The notes under the pieces: model-generated
Database searches by the model: none
What the model was told of the DNA's origin: nothing
What the model saw: only the letters and a program-made list of their open reading frames with translations
Made by a program: the position numbers and the translations under genes
Shown here: positions 12,401 through 27,034 of the stretch, one piece after another
Layout of the letters: the number at the start of each line of letters is the position of its first letter
Position numbering within the stretch: the first letter of the stretch is position 1
Assembly: GCA_001643675.2 (NCBI GenBank)
Contig: LSRY02000029.1
Span: forward strand, 496,001-560,000
Source: Monocercomonoides exilis PA203
Lineage: Eukaryota > Protista > Preaxostyla
Length of the DNA stretch: 64,000 nt
Reading direction: 5' to 3'

Positions 12401-15400
12401 TTCTTTTCTTCAGGTGTGGCCAGCGGAATCAGCGTCCATCTGTCTCTTCTCTGCCTCTCTTTGTCTGATCTCTTCTTCCTCATGTCTTCATACTCGCTAT
12501 CAGCCTCTCCAGACCTGCTGCCTTCTCTCCAATATGGCCATCGCAGCTGGCACAATGCATCGCTTAGCTTCAGAAGCCCAGACACAATCACCAGAGAAGG
12601 TGACAAGGGACCATTGATATCCCAAGCACCCATGTCTCCATGCGACGAGAAGGGGATGAATGCATCAGGCGAAGCAAGATGGGGCAGCCGTCGAACCTCA
12701 GCAGTAAGCACAACCCACACAACAGGCGAGAAGGAAGATTGAGAGACAAGCGGATTTACATTTGAGAAGAACGTGGAAGTCTGCGAGGAGGATGCGCCAG
12801 ATGAGAGACTCGACCCACGCGAGCCATCAAGAGACGATGGAGAGGACGGAACAAGAGAGGAAAGAGGGGCAAGGGAATACACTGAGCTGCTGACCAGCTG
12901 TGTGCAAGCGATGTCAACTAAGTCCAGCCAGGTCTGCTGGCCAGGTGTTGGCAGAAATGGATGGAGCATTGCAAAGCCAGTGAACGGTAGTGCCATCGAC
13001 ACAACACCAGAGTTCTTCTTCAGATCAGTCGATTCACTCACAAAGCGAAGCACAGCATCTACGTCATAATGTTGCAACTGCATCATCGTCTGCAGCATCT
13101 TCACGAATGCATTAGCAGCATATGAAGGAAACTCTGTTGCGCGCATTGCAGGCAGCTGGATGACTGAGGCAGGGGAAGCAAGGCGCATAGCAACAGGAGT
13201 CTGAGGGGCAGAGAATTCACGCTGTGATGTTGAGATGGAAAGAGGATGAGACTGTTTTGGTGACTCTCCAAATGGATGTGATGACGATGACGAGGATGAT
13301 TGAAAAGCAGCAGAAGAAGACGAGGAAGAAGAGGAGGAGGATGACGATGAATCAGCCACTCTTCCACTTTCTGTTGTCTCTTCTTCATCATCTGCAACAG
13401 GCGCCTTCACTGAATTGGACTCACCCTGTTTAACTTGCATCTGTTTCATCTGCTGTTGGTTTTGCTGAATTTGTTGTTGCATTTCACTTGCTGGCTGCAC
13501 ATCAGATGCAACTTGTAGCATTTCTGTTTCATTTGCGTTTGACCCTTCAGCTGTGGTGCTTGTGGCCACAAAGTAGTCTGCCCCACACGCATTCAAATAG
13601 GAGAGGCAGCTGAAGATGAGCTGGACCATCGGCTTCAGTGTGCGTGATGCGTATGTGTTTGGCAGGATGAACGAGGAAAACGGGGAGAATGCAGCAGACG
13701 TGCCAGATGCAGAGGAAGAGGTGGATGTGCCGAAGTCGAGTGACGAAGCAGACATCATGCTTGATGAGCCAGAGCCAAAAAACGAGTAAGGAGCAGGGCG
13801 GCTGGGCCTGACGACGATGTTGGTGAGTCTGAAGTCGTTTTTGAAGGCTTCGCCCATCGACTGAATGGGCAGGTTGATGAACTTGCGCAGAACAACTGTC
13901 AGTTGCGAGTCTTCCTGCGAGGCAACAAAAGCGAGTGCGAGCGAGCTGAGATTGGAGGAGATGCCGAGCAGCTGAGACATGGCAGAGTTGGAGGGAGTGT
14001 TGTATGAGGCAGATGTCATCTGTGAAGAAGAAGATGATGAGGATGAAGAGGAAGAGGAAGAAGAGCCGTTCATATTGAAAGGCAGAGAAGGCGATGCAAC
14101 TCCTCCACCAGTTGCAGTGTTGGATGCGAGTGCTGTGGCCAGTGGAAATCCAGCAGAGAAGCCGACAGCGCCGACAATTGAAGGGACAGAGGAAACCTGC
14201 TGAACAGAGGCAGACAAAGGAGAAGAGGAAGGAGGAGTGCCAACAGGTGCATTGGTGTTGGGAACATAGCCAGATGAGGCAGAGGCAAAGATGAATGAAT
14301 TAGAAGGCTGCATATCAGCTCCTGACTGTGTCTGAGAAGGAGAAGAGGCAGAAGGGGAACTCGAAGTCTGAGCAGAAGCAGGCATAATTCCTGCTGGTGC
14401 AAGGATGTTAGCGGGAGGAGGAGACATAATCATTGTTATCCGCTTGCACACATTCTTAAAGGCAACATCGACCAGACTGCGCCATTCGTTTGCTGAGAGT
14501 GTCTGGGGAACAAGAAACTGTGCCAAGTAGACAGAAAGAGAAGGTTTGCCAATGATTGAGCGGAGGATCTCTTCCTGAATGCTGTAGGAGTTCAGCGGAA
14601 GCAGCGAGAGAAGAGTGCTGATGGTTGCCTCGTACATCGATGCCACGAGTGAGGTAGATGCGATGAATGAGCGAGAGGCAGAGGCGAATGGAGAGGCAGC
14701 AAAGTTTGTGGAGTAGTTCATGGCACTCGTGTTGGATGGCTGGGAGAGTGTGCCATATGCTCTGCTGCCTGAAAGAGGAGAATTGGTTGTCGAATGGAAT
14801 GGATTGAGCGCTTGTGGGTCGTTTGTTTGCTCCAAGAAGGAGCCATATGCTGTGATGAAGAAGAACACCCAGCCTTCCACCAGTTTTCGCGCCTGAGACG
14901 GCTTGTTCTTCTTTGTCTGGTCTGTTTTCTCTGTTTTCCCCTCTTCGAGAATCTGCCTCAGACGCTGGGCGATCTTCTTCAAGTGCAGAAGAGAGAGCGC
15001 CATGTGCATCAAGTTCTGAGGGTAGACCAAGTCTGTTGCAGCCACAATAGACTGATGCTGAATCGATCGGAGGGCGTTGCAGGCAGCAGCATGGGCAGGG
15101 CTGAGTGTGGTGCTTGGAATAGCTGCTGACAGAATAGTCTCTTCTGTGCACCTTCTTGGAGGCACAATCACCATCGGCCCATTCTCCTCCTCTTCTTCTG
15201 CCAGTGACTGGCTTGAGAGAAATCCGCCTGCTTCCTTTGCAGACGCCCTAGCCATGTGCTGCGGGACAAGCGCCTTGCACTTCACCGGCTTCTGTGTCAT
15301 GGTGCGTGTGCAGGTGTAGAGGTTGCGTATGTGGAAGAGGTGGGCATTGTTGCGCTGGATGGACGAGACGAGCTGGGCAGCTGGGTTGAGAGAGAGTTCG

Positions 15401-18400
15401 GTGCCTGTGGCTGTCCCATCTCCCGACGGAATGACTGCTGTTGGGTCAGCCAGCGACGTGCCTGACTGCTGCATGACCTGCTTGGCGAAGTTGGAGAGTG
15501 TTGCTTGATGGACACGCATACCGGCATCGAGCTCGGTGATGCTGTCGAGATCGAATTTGGGGAGAGAAGAGGAGAAAGTGAAGGGGACAAGAAGCTTTGT
15601 GGAGGCGACAGAGGCAACAAGAGAAGATGGAGGGGATGTTGATGATGATGGAATGATGGACGAATGAAGAGAAGAAGGAAAAGATGATGAAGATGAGGAT
15701 GCATTTGGAGATTGAGAAGTTGTTGAGGCCAATTCGTGGCCTGTTGGTGTTGTTGACGATGAAGATGGGGGCGTTGAGGTTGACATATCAGCAACTGGAG
15801 AATTGGCAGAAGAAGAAGAAGACGACGATGATGAAGAGGATGAAGACGAATAGGATGTGATGATGTTGTCTTCAGTTGCAATGTGTTCATCGTCAATCAG
15901 ATATGAATCTACATCAACACTCTGCACTTTCACTGGCCTTGAGTCATCGATCTTCTCAAATAAATACTCGTCTTCATCATCCACATGCCTTTTCTCATAG
16001 ACATTTTCCATTTCAGTCGATGGAATCTGCCCAGAAACACTTCGAGTGGCTGGTTTGTGCCGCATCACCAGAGCAAATGCGACAGAAGGTGACTGAGTGA
16101 GGAAAGGAGTCTGACCAATGAGGAAGCGAGGCATCAGCCAGTCAGAATGCATCGAGTGCCAGATGCAGCGGTGGGCCAGGGCTGTTTGAGGGAAGAAGAT
16201 GAAGGAGTAGAACATGGAGGAGGAATACCAAGAAGGGAGTGCGTTGCTGGGATTAGATGGAGAAGAAGAAGAAGAAGTAGTAGTAGTAGTAGATGAAGAA
16301 GAGGACAATGATGAGTAATATGATGGAGGAAGAAGAGGTTTCGAAGTTTGATCAAAACGAGAGTCAGAGCAGACAGACATCAGCTCATTTGTGCTTGAAA
16401 CAGAAGCAACCGAGGGAGATTGAGTAGGAAATGCAGGAGTAAGAGAGAGGGGGCCAGGGGAGTTCAAAGAAGAGGTGGACAAAGGAGGGAGCTGGGTGAA
16501 GCTGCCAGAGGAGGCGATGATGCTGCGGATGGCAGTGTATTCCCAAGAGAGATGCTCCAAATGCTTGATGGCTGTGTGGAGATAGGCAATGTGGAATGAG
16601 CGGCGCAGGCGAAAGGCGACAGAAGACGAAGGAAAAGAGAAAGTTGAAGAGAAAGTTGGAGGTGTGCTTGGGGGTGTGGTTGTTGTGGCTGGCGCTGTTG
16701 TTGATGATGATGATGATTGTGATGAAAATGATGATGGCGATAGAGTTGCAGCAGATGGCTGAGGAGGAAGGTAAGAGGCAAGTGAAGGAGGAACAGGGCG
16801 GGATGAGTGGATGTGTGGGCAGAAGAGAGTGTAGAAGGAGAGGGTGTATTCTGAATAAGGAGAAGAGACAAGAGGGAAAGGCGGAGTAATCACTGGGAAT
16901 GTTGTGGGGGCATTTGATTTGCTCTTTGAGGAAGGAGGCGATGGCAGAGGGCCCTTTGAAGTGAAGGCAGGAGAAGGCGAGGAGAAAAGGGGGGAAGGCG
17001 TGGTGATGTTGGAGAAGGGAGTATCTGGAAGGGACATGGGAGTGTACAATGAATCGTCTGTCAGATAAGGTGTAATGGATGAGGATGAGGAAGAGGAAGA
17101 AGAAGAAGATGATGAATAGTTCTGTTTGGCTGGTGGAGGAGCAACTGCTTCGAGTTGGTTCTGGATTTCCTCCTTCATAAACTGCACAGCACTGTTCCAG
17201 TTCCCAAGCACATCGATGACCTTGCTGATTGCACGTGTTCCGAGTGTTTCTCTTATCAGCTTGAAGTGTTCCTCCGCTGTGGATGCAAAAAGAGCAGAGG
17301 AGATTGATGGGGCTGTGCCAGACACGCCATGAAGAGAGGACGAAGAGGAACATAAACGAGCATTGGCCTCAACAAGAAACACGATGAAGAAGTGGACGAT
17401 GGCTGGATGAGCTAAACTGAGTGGGTTTGTGTTCGGCAGACAGTACTCAACCATGAAGGCGACAACTAACATGCATATCTGAGGAGAGAGAGGGGATTGT
17501 GTAGCAATATAAGGCAGAGAAGCAACAGAGGAGTCATGCACAAGAGGCTCAACAGGCTCAACAGGCGATGACTGAATGCCGAAGGTGGCAGGGGGAATGG
17601 TTGATGAGGTGAGGCTGGAGAGCACAGCAACAAAGAGGAAGGGATACTGCACACACAGCTGCTTCATCCACTTCACCTCTCTCGAGAAGAGATGCTCCAA
17701 GATCTCTATTTTGAACTCCTCTTCGGGTCTTTCTCCTCTATCAGCTATGTCAAAACGATTATTTCTGGCTCCTCTTTCGCTGTTGAGCAGAGACTGTCTG
17801 ACAGGAAATGCTTTGTCCAAAAGGAGTGGAAGAATCACATCAGACACACCACAGCCGCAAAAGTGGAGAGGGTCTCTTTGATTGCTTAGAATGCGCTGCA
17901 GATCAGATGCAAACGAGGCAGAGCAGCCAGACGAGAGAGAAGGAGACATTCGATTCGGGTGCAGTGGGTTCATATGCTCCATTCGGATCTGGTTGGCTTC
18001 AGCGACAATTGACATGGAAGCGAAGCAGAGGGAGTTCAGCAGCGACATCCACACAGGAGACAGACTCCATTGAGGAATGCTGAAGAACACACTGAACCAA
18101 ACGGGAAGGGAAAAGAATGGTCGTTTTGTCGCTGTTTGTGGTGCACGCTTTGAAGAAAGAGCTAATCCAGTGCTGTTTCCATTGTCTGATTCCCCACTCA
18201 ATTCAGCAGTTGCTTTTCGTGTAACTTCTGCCCACTTCTCTTCGTCTGTCACTTCAGCCGCATTCTTCTTCAGATAGAACATACTCAGGGCATCTGAATC
18301 TCCTTCACTTGCATGTGCCTTCCACGCCTCCTTCTCCTTCTTCCTCTTTTCTTTCCTTCTTTGCCTGCTCTCTTCTTCGCTCTGCACATCTTCTGAGTTG

Positions 18401-21400
18401 TCTTCATCATCCAGCTCCTCTGCCTCGTCTTCTCTGATCCGATCGCTCCAATAGTCGCTCCTTGCAATGATGTCCTTCCACACAAGAAGAGTCGATGTGC
18501 CAATCGCAAAGGAGTTCAACAGAACATTCGCTTTTGGCTTCCTTTTTGGCAGAAATGACTGGAAGAACAAGAAAGTGGAGGATAAAAAGGACGAAGCAGC
18601 GGTTGCCACCGTCTGTGTGAGTGATGACCCCAGCTGAGCAGCATGCATTCCTGCCTTGTTTCCCGAGGCCACCAGAAGAGACACGATTGAAGGTGCAACA
18701 GGAATGGTGTATGTTTGCATTGCATTTGACAGCGCATCAATCTCATTCAGGTTCTTGTTGAAGGAGCTGAGACAGTATTGGAGAGAAGGCTGGATGTCTG
18801 CATAGGATGCACTGGAATGCAGACGAGAGGAGCCAAACTGAGAGGCAAATGGCACAGAAGAGACAGAGTTAAGCTGTTTGGCAGAAGATGAATGAGAAAG
18901 GAGAAGACCAACATCAGACGCAGAGGAGGTGGTGGTGGATGTGTTTGAGGCAGACTTCTCAGACACAGACTTGATGGTTGAGGCATAAGAGATGAACTGG
19001 AGAGCACGAAAGGCAGAGGGAATGTTGTGCGTGGCTAGCAAGAAGATGAAGTGGGCTTTGAGCTCGTCAGACGAAGGAAATAGGAATTGACATGAGGAGG
19101 ATGATTTGACAGATGAAGGAGATGTTGACGTTGTTGATGAAGAAGATGATGAATAAGCATTGGATGAACTGACATTTCCAAACAAGATGGAAGCAAAATG
19201 GAGGAGCGAAGTGAATTCTTGAGGAGCTGATGACTGTTCGAGTGCTGTGAGTGCAGATGAAAGTGTGAGGGTGTCTGGCTCCATGTCTTCCAAAAGGACA
19301 GAAGACGGGGAGTGCAAAGAAGAAGGCATCTTCTCCTGTTTCTGTGGGGTTGACAGGCTGTTCACTACACTCTGCATCCGAGTCACAAGAAGCACGGCTT
19401 TGCGGATGGAGTCTTTGAATGTGAAGGCAAAATGGGCAGATGCTTCAGAAGGTGTGGAATTGTCGAGTGAATTGGATGAATGGAATGATTGGAATGAAGA
19501 AGTGACTTGAGAAGAGGCATATGCTGAAGATGAGTTGGAGGGAGAAATAGCTACTTGATCTTGGGGCTCTTCTGCTGAATGCAGAGGAAGTGGAGTAATG
19601 TCAGAAGAAGAAGAAGAGGAGGAAGAAGAAAGAGAAGAAGAAAAAGAAGAAGACTTCGATGAAGATTTGTCTGAAGATAAAGAGGCATATGCCATGGAAG
19701 GTGGGACAGTCAATGGAAGTGACTCGAAATGCATTCTCTGGAGAAGAGTGTTCACCCAAATAGACAGCTGTTTGAGTGATGTTATGGTCGAATAAGAAGA
19801 AGGAGCCGTTTTGCTCTTCGTTTTCGGCTGCTGTTCAACTGGCAGGCTGTGAATGTGCAAAATAGACTGCAAATTCTTCTCTGATATTTTTTCCTTCTTA
19901 TTGGAAGGAATTCCATTTCTTTCGTTTTCCTCTTTCTTTTCGCGTGCTATTTCTTCGCCTGTGATGTACTCAGCCAGACACAAGTCAATCAATGCACTGA
20001 AAAGAGACAGCTGCTTTGCTGGCGACACGAGAAGATGCTGTTTCTGTGTTTGGAAATAGAAAGAAGGGAAGAGATAGGAAGGAGGCACCACTCCATATGT
20101 TGATCTGCCTGGCGTGGCAGCAGCTGTGAGGAGAGAAGAGGGAGCCGGCGGAGGAGTCGTGAGAGAATACGAAGGCGGTTCAGATGGCCAGACAGAAGGC
20201 GGACGGGAGGAAAGGGAAGAAGGCGTGGAGAGAGCAGAAAGAGGCTCTGTGGTTGAGGCAAAGTTGTATTCGGGCATCCAATTGTGTGAGGCCAGGCAGT
20301 ACAACTCAGAAGTCCGCTGGACAGAGTCAAAGTTGAGCAAATCGATGCATCTCTTGGCGAACTCAAAGAGAAGCGAGGGAGGAAAAGAGGAGGAGGCATA
20401 TGAGTGGAGATAGCTGACTGTTGAGAGAGACTGACCTAAAAGAGAAGAGAGAGAGGAAGGAACAGAAGAAGAAGAAGAAGAAGATGGGATGCGTGCATTG
20501 TTTGACTGCATAAAGCGGATGAGGACACGAAGAGCATCAGAAGCAGGTGCCCAGCGGAGGATGTGTTTGAAAGGGATGAATTCCAACAGGAAGTTGTGGA
20601 TGAAGGAGAAAAGGGAGGTTGGAATGTGGACAGCACGCACTGTTCCTGGATGGGCTGCGATGCTCCGCTCTTCTGATTGAGTGGAGGAAGAAGAAGGATG
20701 TGCGGATTGGTCGAATGTGGATGATGAGAGAGACAGCTTGGATGACTCATCTCCAAATGATGACTGGTTAGGGCTCTCTTCAGAAGGTGTGGATGAGACA
20801 GATGCTTCTCTTGATTCACTGGCTGAAGGAGTGTTATTATTACTGTTACTATTACTATTATTGATAGTGGTGGTGGATGTGTTGGTTGCTGCTGCTGTTG
20901 AACCAACAAAAGGCGTGCTCTCTTTGGACATCTCAATCACAGGCATGATTGGCAGCAGTATCTTCTCTTCAAACAAGAACGATGACAACAATCCAGTGCA
21001 GAGCGGCTCTCCAGTCTTAATTTCGTCATATTCGAAGTTTGATTCTTCATCTTCATCGCTTTGCCTTCTTTCAACGCTGCTTCTATCTGTCCCTGTCGTT
21101 GATTGCTCTTCATTGGCTTCACTTCTTTCCTCAGACACTGAATGCTCCTTTGCTCTTTCCTCGTCTGTTGAAGGAGAGCGTGAACTCACTCCACTCACAG
21201 GCACTTGTCGTTGTGTCCTTCCTCTCCTTCCATCAGCTGATGCTGTTGAAAGTGCAGCAGGGGACATGCCCCGTGGTGAATTGCGTGAATAATACGATGT
21301 CTGTGCGAGTGGGGCGAATGAAACATGTCTCAGTTGATTCCTCAGCCTCTGCCGGACAGCCAGCTGGTGCTGCTCTTCCATCGCCTTCTGCTGCTCCTGA

Positions 21401-24400
21401 ATGTGCAGCGTGTTCAGATAGGAGAAAGTGGAGTCTCTGGCTGCCATCACCAGCTCATTCATGAGCGGCGGAATGCCCAAAATCAATCCACACAAACAGT
21501 CTTTCAATGCTTTTGCTCGAAGAATCTCTCTTTCTTTCTGCTTTTCAATTCGGCGCTTTCCTCTTATCATCTTCTGTTGCTTGCGTTTTTCGCTGCTACT
21601 CAACACATCTGCGCCTGACTCAATTGCCTTTTGCTTTGCCTGCAATGCGTCAATATCAGCCAGAAATGCGAGGGTGGCTGTGAAATATGATGCAACAGCT
21701 GCGATTTGTGAATCATTTCCATGTGAATATGATGATGATGACGAGGATAAGGAAGAGGACGAGGATGAATCAGAAGGAGAACTTGCAGTGAAAGAGGTTG
21801 ACAGAGAGGATGTTGTGGTGAGTTTGCTGTATGATGTGGATGAGCTATTGGTGTATGTGAGTGACTGAGTAGTAGCAGCTGTTGATGATGAAGCTCCATT
21901 CATGTTGGGAGTTGTTTGAGAGTCTGTTTCATTCGCTCTGGTCAAATCTTCCTCAAATGTGCTGTTTGGAGTCATTTCTCTGCTAGCACCTCCAATCAAA
22001 TTGGAAATTGGAGTTGACTTGTATGTCTTCAAACTTGTGCTTTTCCATTCCTCTTCAATGGGATCTTCCTTCTTTTCCTGAAAGGCTACAAGAAACAGAT
22101 TCACATTCGCCTGCATCATAATGTCTTCGTCTGTGGGTTCTTCTTTTGAAGCAGCGCTGTGTGCCAGGTGCAGCAAGAGGGCTGCTATGAACACAGAAGA
22201 TGCCTCGTCTGGATGCGAAAGGCCAGTCAGCACAAGCAGATGGAACCTCAACAGAGTCAAACAATGGTTGGCAAAGGAGTTCTGCTCCATCTCGTCTGCT
22301 TTTGCCTCCTGCCTCTTGCGAAGTGAGTGGGACATGAGCACTCTGCTGCCTACGTGCTGCTCCAGTGGCTTGTTCTTGCTCATGCTCTGCCGCTTGATCT
22401 CGCCCTGTGTCTCCTTCACAGTCGATGCCCAGAAGTTAGATGCTGCTGGCTTCTGTCTGTTGGCATTCATCTCCTGCAGCCTCAGTTGGATGGCCAGATG
22501 GTAGTTGATGTCTTCAGAGGTGTCAAACATGATTGGAATCTTCTTTGTCGCCCATCCTGTTTTCGTCGGCGCCCAGCCATTGCGCTCCATCACTCTTACA
22601 AATGATGACAGCAGATTGCTGTTTGAGGAGACAGCTGGTGAAGTACACGCAGATACACTCAACGGAGAGCTTGCGGCAGACACCACAGACACAGCAGGAG
22701 TGGGCAGAGGTGTCAGAATGCTGGCAGAAGCAGAGCTAGGCAGCGAGTAGTCACTGCTGGAGACAGGTTGACCAGCAGATGGCTGTGTGGCTGAGGGAAG
22801 AGAGAGAGAGAAGTCGTTGTCTGTGAATGAGGACAGTGCAGACTTCACAAGTGGGCCACTGGGCTCTTCTCGGCTGAAAGGGACATCCCAAATGTGTGTG
22901 GAAGAGACGCCTTGTTGTGATGCCCCTTCATCCTCAGATGGAAACGACAAATGAGAAGGCCGCATTGTCTGTGCCATGCTGTCCCAGTCAAATCGCTGTG
23001 TGTTGGCAGCAATGATGCCAATCATCGCCCAGACAGACGAAGGAGACAAAAGAGCAAAAGGGAAAGTGGACGAAGAGGAGAGAGAGGCAAAGCCTTGCGT
23101 GGGCGCTGTTTTGAATGAGTTCTGGTTTGATTGCTGTTTGCTGGATGTGTCTGATGATGAGCTGTTTGAAGTGCTGCTTGAGCGAGAGTCGAAGACAGGA
23201 GATGCTTCCACATAATATTTGAGGACAGAAGAGAGATTGAAGAAGCGGGCGATGATGGATGGGCTGTTCGTGTTCAGGATGTATGTGGCTGTGTGCAGAA
23301 GGACAGTGTCAAGAAGAGGCTGAAGAACAACAGAGGCAGCTAAAAAGGTTGGAGTGTTTGAAGTTGAGGTTGTTGTTGATGATGATTGAGTAGCCGTTGT
23401 TGATTGCTCTTTCTCTGAACTTGCTTGCACTTCTTGTTCTTTCTTCTCATTTTGTCTGTTTTTCTCATCTTCCTGTTTCTCCTCTCTCTTCAGCAGCGTC
23501 TTCCAGAATGTCTCTGTCTTCTTCAGCAGTCGGCACAGTTCATTGAGAATTATTGCAGTGAGCAAAGGACATCTGTGGGAGAACTCTGAAGACAGACACG
23601 ACGACAAAAGAGAAGCCACCACAAACACAAACGAGAGCGAGGGCGAAGGAGAAGTGGAGATGCTGCGAAACACTTCAAACTGTGCTGTTGTCAAGAAACG
23701 GGCAGGGGAAAACGTGAAGTTTGGATTTGTTTCAGCGCAGAGGCGGTCGAATGTCTGAGTGAAGAGGACGTTTTCGATGAACTGCTCCACACCCAGTTTG
23801 CGCCACATCATCAGCAGATCTTCTTCAGTCGGAGGAACCAGCTTCAGTGGAGGCAGTGGGCGTTTCAGCGGGGGTGGTGCCACAAGCAGAGAATCGTCTC
23901 TGAGGAGGATGTTTGGGCTGAGTCCGACAGCAGCTGCAGGAGAGGCAGGAGAAGGTAGCACTTTGCGGAGGTTGGGCAGAGGACGGGGGATTGAAAAGCC
24001 GCCGATGGCTGAGCCGAAGGTGGTGGTGCGAGACATCACTGGCGCGGGGGAGTATGTGTTGCCCGAAGAGGAAGAGGAAGAAGAAGACGAGGAAGAAGAC
24101 GAGGATGATGAAAATGATGATGAAGAAGTTAAGGAAGAATCTAATGAATGCTCGATTGAATAAACAGGTTTTGATGACTCACTGGATGTATATGGACGGT
24201 TGGCAATGACAAAGTCACGGGAAGGCTCCTGCAGTTCAAATGGAACAAGAACATGTTGTGGATTCTCTGAATTGGACTCGTAAATGCGCTGTGTCAGCAG
24301 AGACAGAGAGGCGATGAAGTATTCAACTGTCTTTCGGAAGTATGGAAGAAACAGAGAAAGGCATTTGGTCTCAGCTTCAGCAAAGGCAGCTGCTCTGTTT

Positions 24401-26941
24401 GAATAAGAAGGAGGAGCAGGAGATGAAGTGGAGAAGGAAGAAGAAGAAGAAGAGAAGAAACCAGAATTGACAGATGATGCTAATTGGTGTGAAGAGCCAG
24501 TTGAGTGCATGTCAGGTGAAGAAAGTGAAGGAAGAGTCAAATTTGCTCTGAATGACTGCATAGCAGCAGTTGGGGCAGATGCATCGTTTCTTGCATATGT
24601 AGCCGATGGAGAGTAATAGTTCTGTGCTGCCTTCTCATTTACACTCCTTCCAGTTGAAGAAGAAGCTGATGAACTGCATTCATCTTCTTGTGTGTCTATT
24701 AGCATCTGTCTTGTTTCCTTTGATTTTGTATCAAAGCGGAAGATCCAACTCCACACAGGCTCCACCGAAAAGACAAAAGGTGACGCCCAGTCGGCCGCAT
24801 CAGCCACATCCAGAAACACAAAATAGAGGAACATTTGGGTGGGCACAACGATAGACTCAGCTGGGAATGGATAAGGGGGAGTGAATTGGGTGTGGGGAAA
24901 GGACAAAAGCTCTGAAGAGGAGGAAGAAGAAGAGGAGGAGGAGGTTGTAGTGGAAAGAGGAGGGCAATAGCGATAGGGTGTATGTGGGGTGAGAACAGAT
25001 GCGAAGATTGAGGCAATTGATCGGATGGTGTTCCTCACAAATGTGTATGGCGTGTTCAAAACAGAGTCCTGCTGCCTCATCTGCGTCTGAGAGGCGTTCC
25101 CTACCATCGTCTGCATTCCTCCCACAGCAACAGCACCTGCCCCACCTGCTGACTGAGCAGAGGAAGATGAAGCAGAAGTCGGAAAGACTGACGAAAGAGG
25201 TGAGCCTCCAATCGACACAGGCGTCTCTTCTAGGAAGTCCAGCACAGATGCTGTCTCTGCTGACTCCTCTTCGCCTTCACCGTCTTCATTTTTGTCTGAT
25301 TGCGCACCATTTTTGTCGAGCTTTCGTGCGCTTTGGGCAGGAAATCCCTTTCCTCTCCACGCTTCTGCTGGACGTGATTCCTTTTTGAGATGTTTTGAAG
25401 CAGCACTGTCCTTTTCAGCACTCAAATCTCTGCTTTTGCTCAAATGACTGTGTTTGCTCCTCTCTTTATCTTTATCTTTCTCCTTCTCTGCCTCTCTTCC
25501 CTTTCCAACTTCTATTCTCGAAGGGCGGCGTTTCATTATCGTCGGAGGCATAGGTGTCGGTCCAGTCACATGTGCTCCTCTGCTGCTGCTTCTGCTGCTG
25601 CTCTCCAGAATATACGACGAATGGTGCGATCTTCTTCTTCTATGGGACGATGAGTGGGACTTCCTTTTGTGCATCTCCACCTCCATCTGGAACCTCTGCC
25701 TCGTCTCCTCACTAATCCTTCGAATCCCCTCCCACGGCTTCGCCTGGTTCACATTCACCTGGTGATTCCGCCAGCCATATGGCCTGTCTTTGAACTCGCG
25801 CTGCCTCTCCAGCTCAGCACAGGCAGAGACCTCGACTGTCAGCAGACACAGCAAATGCACCTCAACCACACTGCACTCCCACTGGAAGCGGCTGCGGTTC
25901 GTCTGTCCACGGTCGCTCAAGTCCAGCAGAGAAGGAAAGTACTGATAGCGAGTGCTGGAGAGTGAGAGTGAAGATGAAGCAGGTGCTGTGGTATGCATAG
26001 GGCCTTCAGACGATGCAGTGACAGATGTGATGATTGGAGAAGAGGTAGAATTCGACCGCTGGAAGTCATCCATCCATGGAAAATACGCAAATTCCTGATA
26101 TGACAATCCTTCGTCATCAAAGTTATACAATTCCGTTTTTCCTTCTGCTTCATCGTTATCTTCTTTGCCCTTTCCCTTAGTCCTGTCTCTGTCTCTGTCT
26201 CGCCTTTTTTCCCTGTGAGATTTTCTATTATCTTTTGTCTGACCTAACTGATTGGTTAGAATAAGATCTGTCGTTGGAGAAGGTTGTTGGCTGTTCATTT
26301 CATCTTTTAAAAGCTTAACATCCAGACAAGCCCATTCCAAATAGCTTTTTAAATCAATTTGAGTTTCATAGATCTTCAACTTTATTCCAGGAATTACATT
26401 TTCAGCGAGCCATCTAACATGGTCATAATATCGTTCCATTCTTCCAAAATTCACAGAATTTAATCTAGACGATATATACGAAATTGTAGTCGAAATGCTT
26501 TTTCCGCATGAGTTACACGCTCCAGTTATGTTTTCAGTTGTTTCACTAGTTTTCCAACATTCTGGTTCAATGCGATCAATTTTCCTTTGATAATGAAGAA
26601 GCTGACGCGATTCCGACCAAAGGTGCTCGCAATGTTCGCGAAAAGCTGACAAAAGATCATTAATTGTTGGTATTGTTTTTGAAGTATTTTGAAGTGTCCA
26701 AAAACGAGCATTTGTTTGTAATGCTCTGATAGGAAGTGGTGGACGAGGTACATAAGGAAATGCGTTATGCAGTTGTGAGATACAATGAGGTATCCAACCA
26801 AGTTCTTGAAGAGAGAAACAAGAAAATGAAAAATGCGATCTTATGATTAGTAAAAGATATGAAAATGTTAAATATTATAAATAGATATATAAAATACCTT
26901 TCTAAAGTATTCTCTGGGGCTTGTGAGTTGCTGTAACGCAT
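6467..26941 (-). CDS. EPG5: Giant (~6754 aa) Ser-rich helical protein, probable EPG5 homolog; predicted exons 26941-26898, 26839-6796, 6706-6609, 6545-6467
   Basis: The 6636-aa ORF stays open upstream to 26839, and three in-phase GT-AG introns (58, 89, 63 nt) give a complete model. Three blocks resemble recalled EPG5 motifs in the expected order: N-terminal W...ITGACNSCGKSISTTISY...LN...IDLKSYL, TQMFLYFVFLDVADAADWASPFV, and C-terminal LFGKISWHLW...P...RLVLSMDWVTV. The CDS is near certain; the EPG5 identity is moderate. Confidence 0.6.
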
Positions 26942-27034
26942 TTTCTTTCCAGAAGAGAGAATTGTAATATTTGAGAGATCTTTCCCTTTAATGTAAACTG
27001 TTTGATAGATAGAAAATTTCAAGAGGAAATATTG
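26942..27034. promoter_or_regulatory. 93-bp divergent intergenic region between the EPG5-like gene and NLE1 (probable bidirectional promoter)
   Basis: Predicted ATGs at 26941 (-) and 27035 (+). Confidence 0.5.
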
